Shown here: positions 1 through 10,244 of the stretch, piece by piece
Position numbering within the stretch: the stretch's first letter is position 1
Layout: every line of letters starts with the position of its first letter
Assembly: GCA_963667565.1 (NCBI GenBank)
Contig: OY763415.1
Span: 704,001 to 768,000 of the forward strand
Direction of reading: 5' to 3'
DNA from: Acholeplasmataceae bacterium
GTDB lineage: Bacteria; Bacillota_I; Bacilli_A; Acholeplasmatales; Acholeplasmataceae
Length of the DNA: 64,000 nucleotides
Program-made: the position numbers and the translations under genes
The notes under the pieces: model-generated
Told to the model about the DNA's origin: nothing
What the model saw: only the letters and a program-made list of their open reading frames with translations
Database searches by the model: none

Positions 1-826
1 CATTCATCTCAAGTGTTTCATTTTCAAAGATGATATCGATATGATCGCTTAATCTAACATCAATTTTAATCTTTGAACCTAAAACAGCATATTTAAGTGC
101 ATTATCAATTATATTTTTAAACATGATTTTAAGAAGTTCTCGATTGCTTTTAATAATAACTTCTTCAAGACTTAAATCAAATTCAATATTTTTATTTTCC
201 CATCTATATTGCATCGATGAAATGGTTTGTCTAAGAACTTCAGTTAAGTTAAATTTATCTTCACGATTGATAATACTATCATTTTCAATCATCGATAAAT
301 TTAATATGTTTTGTGCTAATTCAGATAGTGACTCACTTTCATTTTCAATAATTTTTGCATATTGTTTAGTATCTTCAAGTGAATCGGATTTTTGCATAAG
401 TTCTGCATAACCTTTAATGATGCTAATTGGCGTTTTAAACTCATGAGCATAATCCTTCATAAAACTTTGATTAACATATTGGTTTTTTTGTAATGCATCA
501 GTCATCACATTAAAATGATGTGTAAGATTTGATATCTCATCTCTTCCATTCTCACTTAAATGCATATTAAACTCACCAAGTGATATTTTTTCCGTTGCAT
601 TTGAGAGTTTTGATATTCTTTTTACAATCATATGGTTAAACCACATATTAGAAATGATAAGCATGAGTGATGATGAAATAATCATCCCTAATAACAAAAT
701 CTTATCATTGGTATAATACGCCATTAAATCAATGCCTAAAACATGGAGTATAAGCCTTGGTATAGCAACTGAAATAAATCCAATAACAAACATTGATAAG
801 AGCATTTTTGCATACAGTTTTTTCAT
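1..826 (-). CDS. Sensor histidine kinase (2 TM, HAMP, HisKA), C-terminus runs off the window
   Basis: Not in the ORF track; translated by hand from the ATG at 826, which overlaps the regulator stop (ATGA). MKKLYAKMLLSMFVIGF..., HAMP-like 'RDEISNLTHHFNVM', H-box 'YAHEFKTPISIIKGY'. Confidence 0.92.
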   Translation of the reverse strand, partial: MKKLYAKMLLSMFVIGFISVAIPRLILHVLGIDLMAYYTNDKILLLGMIISSSLMLIISNMWFNHMIVKRISKLSNATEKISLGEFNMHLSENGRDEISNLTHHFNVMTDALQKNQYVNQSFMKDYAHEFKTPISIIKGYAELMQKSDSLEDTKQYAKIIENESESLSELAQNILNLSMIENDSIINREDKFNLTEVLRQTISSMQYRWENKNIEFDLSLEEVIIKSNRELLKIMFKNIIDNALKYAVLGSKIKIDVRLSDHIDIIFENETLEMN

Positions 827-1491
827 TTAAGTTTCACCTTATAACCAAGTCCTCTAACAGTTTCAATCTCAAAATCCATCATAGGTACAGATTCTCTTAA
901 TCTTTTAATATGTGTGTCAATGGTTCGATCATATGACTCAGAATCATATCCCCATATTTCATTCATCAGCTGCTCTCTTGTAAATATTTTATTTGGATAT
1001 GATAATAATTTAAAAAGCAATTGAAACTCTTTGGATGTTAAGTTAATAAGTTTATCATCGACTAAACATGATTGTTCTGCTTCATTTAATATCGTATGTT
1101 TTAATTTGATTTCTTTATGTTTACTAATATCATATCTTCTCAAGAGTGCATGAATTCTAAGTAACATTTCATTTAAATCAACAGGTTTGACCATGTAGTC
1201 ATCAACACCTGATAAAAAGCCTTTTTCTTTTTCATCAAAACTATCTAATGCTGTAAGCATCATGATAGGAATATCTTTTCTGATTTGTCTTAGTCTATTT
1301 GTAAGTGTATGACCACTCACTTCTGGCATTAAGATATCAGTGATGACTAAATCAATATGTTGATGGTTAAAAACGGTAAGAGCTTCCTTACCGTTTCTAG
1401 CTTGCAACACTTCAAAATGTTCTTTTTCTAAAAATTTAGATAATAGTGTTCGAATATGTAATTCATCTTCTGCGATTAATATTTTTAACAT
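823..1491 (-). CDS. OmpR/PhoB-family response regulator (HssR-like)
   Basis: Receiver 'ILIAEDE...DLVITDILMP...DDYMVKP'; winged helix 'FTREQL...RTIDTHIKRLR...TVRGLGY'. Confidence 0.95.
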   Translation of the reverse strand: MLKILIAEDELHIRTLLSKFLEKEHFEVLQARNGKEALTVFNHQHIDLVITDILMPEVSGHTLTNRLRQIRKDIPIMMLTALDSFDEKEKGFLSGVDDYMVKPVDLNEMLLRIHALLRRYDISKHKEIKLKHTILNEAEQSCLVDDKLINLTSKEFQLLFKLLSYPNKIFTREQLMNEIWGYDSESYDRTIDTHIKRLRESVPMMDFEIETVRGLGYKVKLK

Positions 1492-1519
1492 ATGATCACT
1501 CCTATCTTCATTTTATCAA

Positions 1520-3841
1520 TTATTCAGTACGTAATGCAATCACTGGATCTTTTTTAGCTGCAATTCTACTTGGTAATAATCCAGCAATTAAAGTCAGTGC
1601 AGTTGATAATACAACAAGGATGATTGCGCTAGGTAATAAGAGACTAGCAAATCCACTAACGTCAATATAGTTTTCTAAAATGAGATTAATTGGAATATTT
1701 AATAGTGAAGCAATAAGTACACCAAGGATACCTGCTGTTAAACCAATTAATACAGTTTCTGCATTAAAGATTCTAGAAATATCTTTCTTTCTTGCTCCAA
1801 GTGATCTCATAATACCGATTTCTTTAGTTCTTTCTACAACTGAAACATAGGTAATAATACCAATCATGATTGAAGATACAACAAGCGAAATACCTGCAAA
1901 TGCTGATAGGATGATTGTAATCGTTGTGATCAGTGATCCAACTGCATTTGACACAATTTCTGCTAAATCAGTATAAACGATGGTATCAATATCATCTAAT
2001 CCTAAATTATAATTGTCAATGTAAGCTTTAATTTCATCTTTAGAGTCAAATGACTTAGGATAAATTTGAATGCCTGAAGGGGTTTGTTCACCACCTATTG
2101 CTTTCATGACATCGTCATAAGTGATAGTTTCACCGAAAGGCATAGGGGAATACTGCATGATTTGCGTTGAACCCGTAAATGGATTGGCAATACTAATATC
2201 AACATAGCCAATGAGTGCATTTGGGCTTGCAATTTGTGCTGCGACGATATCAGAATTGAGTGCATCATTTAACATATATGCAGTTAAATCTGAAGTATAT
2301 GCAATACCAGAATCAAGTAAGTCTGATGATGCATCTTGTTTTATTCTTAAAATACCAGAGATGGTTAAAGTAACAGCATTTGAATCATTATACATGGTTG
2401 AATCGACAGTTTTTTTATTAAAAATGCCTTCATTTTCAACATAATATGAATTATTAGTTATAACCTTTAATTGCAAACCAATAAAATCATCAAATTTATA
2501 TCCATCTTGATAATTAAAACCCATTGCATTTAAGAAATTAGTTGTTACTCTATTTTCTTCATCAACGACGAGAACAACTTCATTAAGTGACGTTGGATAA
2601 GTACCACCTATCACATCATATTGTGATTGTATAAATGATTCGTTATCAGGTAATTCACTATAGTAATTTTGACTTAATAAACTTGTGGCATTTTCATAGG
2701 CAACAATATTTAAATTATAATCATATGTATAAGATAACGAATTATATAATGTAGGATCTAAATTGTTAATATAATCAATAAAATCATTTGTTAATATATT
2801 ATTGTGGCTACTTAAAACTGCAGATGGATTATAGACATAAATATCTTCTCCATCAGGAAATTCTCCAGCTGTGTCCATTTGTGTTGCACCAGCATTAAAA
2901 AAATCAACGACTGTAGGATTTATCTCAATAGGAAATCCTGCAAGTGTATCTGATTGCATTTCATTGACATAACTTGTCATCCCTGATGAAACAGACAACA
3001 CAAGTGCAATCCCAATAATTCCGATACTTCCTGCAAGTGCAGTAATTAAAGTTCTACCTTTTTTAGTTAGTAAGTTCTTAAAGCTTGTTAATAACGCTGT
3101 TTTATAAGACATTGAAGTCTTTTTATTTACCAGTTTTTCAATTTTATGATCATCTTTGATATTTTCACTTGGATTTGAATCATCAACAACCAATCCATCT
3201 AAAAGTTGTACGACTCTATCACTATATGCTTCTGCAATTTCAGCATTGTGAGTCACCATAATGACTAAACGATCTCTTGAAATCTCTTTAATCAATTTCA
3301 TGATTTGATCACTTGTCTTTGAGTCAAGTGCACCTGTTGGTTCATCTGCTAACAAAATTTTAGGATTATTGACTAAAGCTCTTGCAATTGCAACTCTTTG
3401 CATTTGGCCACCAGATAACTGATTTGGTCGTTTGTATAAATGATCTTTTAAGCCAACTTCTGTTAATACTTTTATGGCACGATCTTTTCTTTCTTTAGCA
3501 CCAACACCTGAAAGTCTTAAAGCCATTTCAACATTATCTAAAACTGATAAATGTGAAATCAAATTATAGGTTTGAAAAACAAACCCAATGGTTGCATTTC
3601 GATAGGCATCCCAATCTTGATCCTTATAATCTTTGGTTGATTTAAAATCGATTAATAAATCACCACTTGTATATCTATCTAATCCCCCAATAATGTTTAA
3701 CATCGTCGTTTTCCCACAGCCGGATGGACCTAGTATAGAAACAAATTCTTGATCTTTAAACGTTAAATCAATACCTTTTAATGCAGGGACTGGTTTACCC
3801 GCTACATAATAATCTTTTTTAATATTTTTTAGTTCTAACAT
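1520..3841 (-). CDS. MacB/FtsX-type ABC transporter, fused ATPase and permease
   Basis: Walker A GPSGCGKT, signature LSGGQMQR, Walker B LLADEPT; TM, large extracellular loop, C-terminal FtsX 'VVERTKEIGIMRSLGA...DPVIALRTE'. Confidence 0.93.
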   Translation of the reverse strand: MLELKNIKKDYYVAGKPVPALKGIDLTFKDQEFVSILGPSGCGKTTMLNIIGGLDRYTSGDLLIDFKSTKDYKDQDWDAYRNATIGFVFQTYNLISHLSVLDNVEMALRLSGVGAKERKDRAIKVLTEVGLKDHLYKRPNQLSGGQMQRVAIARALVNNPKILLADEPTGALDSKTSDQIMKLIKEISRDRLVIMVTHNAEIAEAYSDRVVQLLDGLVVDDSNPSENIKDDHKIEKLVNKKTSMSYKTALLTSFKNLLTKKGRTLITALAGSIGIIGIALVLSVSSGMTSYVNEMQSDTLAGFPIEINPTVVDFFNAGATQMDTAGEFPDGEDIYVYNPSAVLSSHNNILTNDFIDYINNLDPTLYNSLSYTYDYNLNIVAYENATSLLSQNYYSELPDNESFIQSQYDVIGGTYPTSLNEVVLVVDEENRVTTNFLNAMGFNYQDGYKFDDFIGLQLKVITNNSYYVENEGIFNKKTVDSTMYNDSNAVTLTISGILRIKQDASSDLLDSGIAYTSDLTAYMLNDALNSDIVAAQIASPNALIGYVDISIANPFTGSTQIMQYSPMPFGETITYDDVMKAIGGEQTPSGIQIYPKSFDSKDEIKAYIDNYNLGLDDIDTIVYTDLAEIVSNAVGSLITTITIILSAFAGISLVVSSIMIGIITYVSVVERTKEIGIMRSLGARKKDISRIFNAETVLIGLTAGILGVLIASLLNIPINLILENYIDVSGFASLLLPSAIILVVLSTALTLIAGLLPSRIAAKKDPVIALRTE

Positions 3842-3867
3842 GTCATCATTCTCCTTTTACATGCACC

Positions 3868-3901
3868 ATTTTACTGTTTGTTTGTGAACTGAATGTGAAA
3901 T
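3868..3901 (-). promoter_or_regulatory. OmpR-type direct-repeat operator (TTCACA-N5-TTCACA) with -10 TAAAAT, upstream of the ABC/two-component operon
   Basis: Minus strand reads ATTTCACATTCAGTTCACAAA (11-bp period), ending about 10 nt before TAAAAT. Confidence 0.65.
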
Positions 3902-4011
3902 TACATGATTTTTACAAAAAAAGAATTAAAACTCTTTTATCATGTAATGATACATCAATAAACGCTCATATCATGTTTAACACTTTTTATGACTATTGTA
4001 AAATTAAATGC

Positions 4012-4038
4012 AAAAAAAAGATGGTTTCCCATCTTTTA
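4012..4038 (-). terminator. Intrinsic terminator of ackA
   Basis: AAAAGATGG-tttc-CCATCTTTT with an A-run, giving a U-tract on the minus strand. Confidence 0.75.
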
Positions 4039-4041
4039 TGT

Positions 4042-5214
4042 TTATTTTAATCTAACGACTTCTCTAGCTATCATCACTTCTTCATTCGTTGGAATGATAA
4101 ATGCTCTAACTTTAGAACCCTTATTCGTGATTTCTCTTTCACCACGTTTGTTATTTTCTTCTTCATTTAAGTCAATGCCTAAGACTTTAACAGCTTCTAA
4201 AATATTTTTTCTAATTCTAGGTGAGTTTTCGCCGATACCAGCAGTAAAGCAAATCGCATCTAAACCACCCATGTAGACATAATATGAACCAATGTAATCA
4301 GCGATTCTCTTCACTTGGATTTTATGTGCTAAATAAGCTCTGTGATCACCTTGATCCATTAATTCATCAATATCTCTAGAATCATTTGATTTACCTGATA
4401 CACCAAGATATCCAGACTTCTTGTTTAAATCATTTAAAACTGAATCATAACTTCTGTTTTCTTTATCAGCAATAAGTTTTAACACTGCAGGATCGACATT
4501 ACCACTTCTTGTTCCCATAGGAATACCTTCAAGTGGTGTAAGTCCCATTGAAGTATCAACTGACTTACCGCCATCTACTGCACAAAGTGATGCTCCATTA
4601 CCTAAATGACAAACAATGACTTTAGCATCTTTATTTCCAAGAATTTCATAAGCTTTTTCACTTACATATTGATGAGATGTGCCATGGAATCCATACTTTC
4701 TAACGCCATAGTTTGTATACCATTCATATGGTGTTTCATAAAGATAAGCAAGTTCATCCATTGTTTGATGGAATGTTGTATCAAAAACTGCAACTTGAAC
4801 GACATTTGGAAGTGCTTCTCTAAATGAGATAATACCTGTGATATTCGCAGGATTGTGAAGTGGTGCTAAATCATTTAATGATTCAATATCATCAATGACT
4901 TGATTTGTAATCACTGTAGATGCTTTAAATAACTCTCCACCTTGAACAACACGGTGACCAACACCATCAATTTCATCAAGTGATTGAATAATGTTATATT
5001 TAACTAATCCTTCAACTAATAATTCAACAGCAACCTTATGATTTAAAATAGGTTGTTCAACTGTGACTTTTTCACCATTAACTTTGATTTGAAATACAGC
5101 ATTATGGTGACCAATTCTTTCAACTAATCCAGATGTAATAACTTTTTCTTCTGGCATTTCTAATAACTGGAATTTTAATGATGAACTTCCAGCATTTACA
5201 GCAATAATTTTCAT
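4042..5214 (-). CDS. ackA: Acetate kinase
   Basis: NAGSSSLK, GHRVVQGG, LAPLHNP, KYGFHGTSH, HLGNGAS, FTAGIGEN, IPTNEE. Confidence 0.98.
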   Translation of the reverse strand: MKIIAVNAGSSSLKFQLLEMPEEKVITSGLVERIGHHNAVFQIKVNGEKVTVEQPILNHKVAVELLVEGLVKYNIIQSLDEIDGVGHRVVQGGELFKASTVITNQVIDDIESLNDLAPLHNPANITGIISFREALPNVVQVAVFDTTFHQTMDELAYLYETPYEWYTNYGVRKYGFHGTSHQYVSEKAYEILGNKDAKVIVCHLGNGASLCAVDGGKSVDTSMGLTPLEGIPMGTRSGNVDPAVLKLIADKENRSYDSVLNDLNKKSGYLGVSGKSNDSRDIDELMDQGDHRAYLAHKIQVKRIADYIGSYYVYMGGLDAICFTAGIGENSPRIRKNILEAVKVLGIDLNEEENNKRGEREITNKGSKVRAFIIPTNEEVMIAREVVRLK

Positions 5215-5287
5215 ATTCGTACGCTCCTTACCATATATATGATACTAGATAAATGTTTAATTTTCAAGATGTGAATAAATATTCATG

Positions 5288-5938
5288 TTAATAAAGGAAA
5301 GCATAATAAGCGATAAACTGTAAAATGGTCCCTAAACCACAAAAAATATGCCAAATAAAATGGAAATACTTAACCTTAGAAAGTGAAAAGAAAATGACAC
5401 CTAAACTATATGATACTCCACCTGCTAAGATGAGCCAAAATGCAGCTTGATCAAATGCAAATAACTGCTTAATAAATGCGAGTGCACTCCATCCCAGTAT
5501 TAAAAATACAATGGTATGTAGAACAACATATTTTTTAATCCATATGGACTTAAACACAACACCAACGATGATTAATGTCCACTGAATGATAAATATTGAA
5601 AGTCCTAGTGATATGTTACCAATCACTGGCTCTTGTAGTTCAGGCAATAATAAAAGTGCAGGTGCAAAACTACCACCAATTAAAATATAGATGGATAAAT
5701 GATCAAATCTTCTAAACACAGATTTTGCTACTGGATTGAAGAGTGCATGATAAAGTGTACTCATAGTGTATAAATTAATCATCCCAAATCCAAATAAAAT
5801 CGCAGCTAACACACCTACTGCTGAATCAGCTCTAATAATTAATAATATCATTGCAACCACACCAAAAATAGCCATGACACCATGGCTAACTGCGTTTGCA
5901 ATTTCTTCCCCTACTGTTTGTCTTTTGTCTTTTTTCAT
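5288..5938 (-). CDS. Hemolysin III / PAQR family membrane protein
   Basis: 'EEIANAVSHG', 'STLYH', 'RRFDHLSIYILIGGS', 'HFIWHIF'. Confidence 0.93.
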   Translation of the reverse strand: MKKDKRQTVGEEIANAVSHGVMAIFGVVAMILLIIRADSAVGVLAAILFGFGMINLYTMSTLYHALFNPVAKSVFRRFDHLSIYILIGGSFAPALLLLPELQEPVIGNISLGLSIFIIQWTLIIVGVVFKSIWIKKYVVLHTIVFLILGWSALAFIKQLFAFDQAAFWLILAGGVSYSLGVIFFSLSKVKYFHFIWHIFCGLGTILQFIAYYAFLY

Positions 5939-6471
5939 TTGCCAACCTCATCATCCAAAAATTGATCTAAAAAATCCATACCTTTATGTGTTTCTGGTTC
6001 ATATTTAAATAAATCTGGAAAATCTAATTGTCTTAACACTTCATAAGATACAAGTGCGACACAATTACTTAAATTAATTGATCTAACTTTATCCGTTGTT
6101 GGTATTCTATAACAAGCATCCAAATGAGATGCTAGGATATGTTTATCAATACCTGTTGATTCTTTACCAAAAATTAAATAAATATCTTCATCAACATCTT
6201 TATAGTTGATTTCTGAATATGTTTTTTTACCATAACGTGTTAAAAAGAAATATTTACCTTTATTTTCTTTTTCAAAACTAGCATAATCTTTGTACACGGT
6301 ATAATCAATAAATTCAAAATAATCAAGTGCACTTCTTTTTAGCCTTGCTTCATCAAGTTTAAACCCGAGTGGTTCAATCAGATGAAGTTTTGCACCGATA
6401 GCAACACAAGTTCTCATGATATTACCTGTATTTTGAGGTATTTCTGGTTCAAATAATACAATATGTAACAT
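5935..6471 (-). CDS. trmL: tRNA (cytidine/uridine34-2'-O)-methyltransferase
   Basis: 'IVLFEPEIPQNTGNIMRTC', 'FGKESTG', 'RSINLSN' SPOUT motifs. Confidence 0.93.
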   Translation of the reverse strand: MLHIVLFEPEIPQNTGNIMRTCVAIGAKLHLIEPLGFKLDEARLKRSALDYFEFIDYTVYKDYASFEKENKGKYFFLTRYGKKTYSEINYKDVDEDIYLIFGKESTGIDKHILASHLDACYRIPTTDKVRSINLSNCVALVSYEVLRQLDFPDLFKYEPETHKGMDFLDQFLDDEVGK

Positions 6472-6473
6472 CT

Positions 6474-7910
6474 TTAACTCCTATGTGCTTTAATAAGATT
6501 TTGTTTTAAGTTCCATAATTCTAGTGATAAATCAACATAATATTCATGTGGATTTTCAAGACGAAGCACTTCTGGCCATAATCTTGAGATTTCTGTTTGA
6601 CAATAAGCTCTTATTTCTTCTAAAGTTGGTTTTTTATACACTAAAATACCATCTTTAAAAATTGGAACGAGCATAGGTTTTGCACTAAATTTTTGAACGA
6701 GTTTCTTTTTCCATGGAAAATGTGGATTAAATAATTCATATGGTTTACTTTGATCAATGGTTTCATCAAAAAGCGTGATGACATCTGCTTCAGCCATATG
6801 ATTTTCATCATAGAAACGATAGACTTGCTTGAATCCAGGTGTCGTTGTTTTTTGTACATTTTCGCTAATCTTTATTTTAGGTTCTAATATAGAATTTTTC
6901 TCAATGGCTGCAAGTTTAAAGACACCACCAAAAACTGCTTCTGATCTTGCTGTAACTAATCGTTCACCAACACCAAAGCTATCAATTTGAGCACCTTGAG
7001 AAATGAGTTCTTTAATTAAATATTCATCTAATGAATTAGATACTGTAATTTTAGTATCTTTTAAACCAGCATCATCGAGCATTTGACGCGCTTTTTTAGT
7101 TAAATAGGTTAAGTCTCCACTATCGAGTCTAATACCTTTTAAATAGAAACCTTGTGGTTCTAATATCTCTTTATGTATTCTAATCGCATTAGGAATACCT
7201 TGTTTTAATGTATTATATGTGTCAACTAATAAAATTGTTGCATTTGGATAAGTATTTGCATAAGCTTTAAATGCTTCATATTCAGAATCGTATGATTGCA
7301 CATAACTATGAGCCATTGTACCAAGTGCTGGAATTTGATATTGATAATCAGCATAAGTATTTGAAGTTCCTAAAACACCTGCAATATATGCAGCTCTTGC
7401 ACCATAGATAGATGCATCATATCCATGTGCACGACGCGCCCCAAATTCTAAGACTGAACGACCTTGTGCCGCTCTAACGATACGTGCTGCTTTAGTCGCA
7501 ATCAAAGATTGATGATTAATTGTTAAAAGAAGCATCGTTTCAACAAGTTGACATTCAATGATAGGACCTTTAATAGTTAAAATAGGTTCATGAGGAAATA
7601 TCGGCGTTCCCTCTTTCATTGCATATACATCTGATGAGAATTTAAATGATTCTAAATATTTTAAAAAGTCAGCATCAAATATTTTCTTTGAGCTTAAATA
7701 ACTAAGCTCTGATTTAGTAAATGTTAAATGAGATAAGTAATCAATGACTTGATCAAGACCTGCAAAAATTGCAAATCCACCTTTATCGGGTACATCTCTA
7801 AAAAAGACATCAAATACTGCAATTTGATGATGTTTGTTATCTTTGAAATAGCCATTTGCCATCGTTAATTCATAGAAATCCATCAGTAAAGTCAATTTTC
7901 TGTTATCCAT
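6474..7910 (-). CDS. pncB: Nicotinate phosphoribosyltransferase
   Basis: 'DFYELTM', 'EFGARRAHG', 'GTMAHS', 'LVDTY', 'IRLDSGD'. Start moved to the ATG after an AAGGAGG RBS. Confidence 0.95.
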   Translation of the reverse strand: MDNRKLTLLMDFYELTMANGYFKDNKHHQIAVFDVFFRDVPDKGGFAIFAGLDQVIDYLSHLTFTKSELSYLSSKKIFDADFLKYLESFKFSSDVYAMKEGTPIFPHEPILTIKGPIIECQLVETMLLLTINHQSLIATKAARIVRAAQGRSVLEFGARRAHGYDASIYGARAAYIAGVLGTSNTYADYQYQIPALGTMAHSYVQSYDSEYEAFKAYANTYPNATILLVDTYNTLKQGIPNAIRIHKEILEPQGFYLKGIRLDSGDLTYLTKKARQMLDDAGLKDTKITVSNSLDEYLIKELISQGAQIDSFGVGERLVTARSEAVFGGVFKLAAIEKNSILEPKIKISENVQKTTTPGFKQVYRFYDENHMAEADVITLFDETIDQSKPYELFNPHFPWKKKLVQKFSAKPMLVPIFKDGILVYKKPTLEEIRAYCQTEISRLWPEVLRLENPHEYYVDLSLELWNLKQNLIKAHRS

Positions 7911-7997
7911 AAGACTTCCTCCTTTTGACACTTACCATTCTAACATTTTTTTCTATTTTTTGTTATAATTATAAGTATAAAAGGACGGTTTTATTTT

Positions 7998-8702
7998 ATG
8001 ATGATTATGATTTCTCCAGCAAAAACATTTAAAGTTCATCCATTATCTAGAAATCAAGAACCTTATTTTTTAAGTGATGCAAAACTGCTTCATGCAAAAC
8101 TTTCCAAATTATCTAAAAAGATGATTACTAAAAAGATGAAAGTATCTGATCGTTTAGCAGATAGCATTTATGATCAATATCAACATTTTGGAAAAAAAGA
8201 AAATGCTGCTGTTTTTTCTTATTTTGGACATCAATATAGACATATTGATGCTTTATCACTAATACCTCATTATGAATCATCATTATCAAATCTTTATATC
8301 TTATCTGGACTTTATGGACTATTAAACGCTTTTGATGACATCAGTCCTTATCGATTGGAAATGCAAGATAAAACCATTGGTAACCTTTATGATTTTTGGA
8401 AACCTAGACTTACTGCTTATATCCATGATAAATTTAATCATGAGGTCATTTATAATTTATGTTCAGATGAATATGGTAGTTTAATTAAAGATTTAGATCA
8501 AACGATCACTATAGAATTTTATCAGTTAAAAAATGAAAAGTTATCCATACACAGTATGGAAGTAAAAAAAATGCGAGGTTTATTTGCTAGACATATGATC
8601 ATAAACCCCGATCAAGATGTTAAAACTATAGAAATTGATGGATATCTTTTTGATCCATTAAAATCAAATATTCAAACATATGTATTTATAAAGGAGGTAT
8701 AG
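7998..8702 (+). CDS. yaaA: YaaA/DUF328 peroxide-stress family protein
   Basis: 'ISPAK', 'ILSGLYGLL', 'PYRLEM', 'NLCSDEY', 'KKMRGLFAR'. Confidence 0.88.
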   Translation: MMIMISPAKTFKVHPLSRNQEPYFLSDAKLLHAKLSKLSKKMITKKMKVSDRLADSIYDQYQHFGKKENAAVFSYFGHQYRHIDALSLIPHYESSLSNLYILSGLYGLLNAFDDISPYRLEMQDKTIGNLYDFWKPRLTAYIHDKFNHEVIYNLCSDEYGSLIKDLDQTITIEFYQLKNEKLSIHSMEVKKMRGLFARHMIINPDQDVKTIEIDGYLFDPLKSNIQTYVFIKEV

Positions 8703-8703
8703 G

Positions 8704-10197
8704 ATGAAAAAATTATTAAGAATGATTTTATCAAGGACATCTGTCATTCTTTTATTATTGTTGTTACAAATTGCTTTATTTTTTGTCATCTTACACTATA
8801 TCTCAAAACTCACATATGTTCACACCATTTTATATGTAATTAGTGATATTATTGTCGTTTATCTCATTTATAAAGAAGAAAATCCAGTTTATAAATTATC
8901 TTGGATCATTCCAATCTTAATCTTCCCACTCTTTGGTGGCCTCTTCTATTTATTTTATAAAAATAGAAATGTTAGTAAAAAAGTCATTAATCATTATTAC
9001 ATTTCAGAAAAAGAACGTTATGATTTTTTAAATCAATATCAAAAACAAAAAGTGAAAGAACATAAAATTGGAACATATCTTCACTCCATTGGTTGGATGA
9101 CTTTCAAACACACTTCTTCTTCATTTTTAGGTAGTGGTGAACTCATGTTTGAAAGTATGCTTGAAGCTTTAAGAAATGCTAAAAAATATATATTTTTAGA
9201 GTTCTTTATCATTAAAGAAGGCAAAATGTGGGATGACATTTTAACAATACTTAAATCTAAAGTTGAAGCTGGTGTTGAAGTATTTTTAATTTATGATGAT
9301 TTTGGCAGTTCAACACTTCCATATAAATATGCTAAAATGCTAAAGTCATATGGGATTCACGCCTATGCATTTAACCCCATGCGGATACATTTAAATTTCG
9401 CGATGAACTATCGCGATCATAGAAAAATAGTGATTATTGATGGTATTGAGGCTTTCACAGGTGGCATTAATATTGGTGATGAATACATTAATCTTGAACA
9501 TCCATTTGGCCATTGGTTAGATGCAGGTATTAAAATTAGTGGTTCTGCTGTTACATCACTTGTGATTAACTATGTAAACACACTAAAGTTTATGCATCAA
9601 GATACATTAAACATCGATGATTATGTTGTTAAAACATTTGATGAAAGCGAAAATCATGACATATTAATTCCATTTTCAGATGCTCCTATTGATAATGAAC
9701 TCACGCATAAAAATATTTATTTATCGATGATCAGTCAAGCAAAAAAAGAGATTTTAATTACAACCCCTTATTTAATTATTGATAATGAGTTAACAACATC
9801 GCTTAAACTAGCTGCTAGATCTGGAGTTAAAGTCAAAATTATTATTCCATATATCCCTGATAAGAAACTTGTCTTCTTAGTGACAGAAACCTATGCTGAT
9901 GAACTTGTCTCATCAGGCGTTGAAATTTATCGATATAAACCAGGTTTCATTCATTCTAAAATGATTATTGTCGATGATGAAATTGCGATGATTGGAACTG
10001 CAAACTTAGATTTTAGAAGTTTGTATTTACATTTTGAAAATAGTGTATATCTAGAAAATAAACAAACCATTAACGATATGCATGCGTGGTTTATAAAAAC
10101 TTTAAGTGATTGTGTACTTGCAAGTGATTTAAAAAAATCTAATGTACTTGTTAGAGCATTAAAAGTATTTTTAAGAGGATTTGCATCATTGATGTAG
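8704..10197 (+). CDS. cls: Cardiolipin synthase
   Basis: N-terminal TMs and two HKD motifs, 'RDHRKIVIID' and 'IHSKMIIVD', plus 'GTANLDFRS'. Confidence 0.95.
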   Translation: MKKLLRMILSRTSVILLLLLLQIALFFVILHYISKLTYVHTILYVISDIIVVYLIYKEENPVYKLSWIIPILIFPLFGGLFYLFYKNRNVSKKVINHYYISEKERYDFLNQYQKQKVKEHKIGTYLHSIGWMTFKHTSSSFLGSGELMFESMLEALRNAKKYIFLEFFIIKEGKMWDDILTILKSKVEAGVEVFLIYDDFGSSTLPYKYAKMLKSYGIHAYAFNPMRIHLNFAMNYRDHRKIVIIDGIEAFTGGINIGDEYINLEHPFGHWLDAGIKISGSAVTSLVINYVNTLKFMHQDTLNIDDYVVKTFDESENHDILIPFSDAPIDNELTHKNIYLSMISQAKKEILITTPYLIIDNELTTSLKLAARSGVKVKIIIPYIPDKKLVFLVTETYADELVSSGVEIYRYKPGFIHSKMIIVDDEIAMIGTANLDFRSLYLHFENSVYLENKQTINDMHAWFIKTLSDCVLASDLKKSNVLVRALKVFLRGFASLM

Positions 10198-10229
10198 AAA
10201 AAAAAGCATTTCGACTGAAATGCTTTTTT
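10198..10229. terminator. Bidirectional intrinsic terminator
   Basis: A-run-GCATTTC-gact-GAAATGC-T-run between convergent genes. Confidence 0.85.
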
Positions 10230-10244
10230 GTTTGTTTGATTGAA

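Noticed and set aside
5288..5938. Hemolysin III (and tlyA at 32674-33411) as virulence toxins
   Set aside because: Both families are widespread housekeeping proteins and sit in housekeeping operons here; the names alone are not evidence of toxicity.
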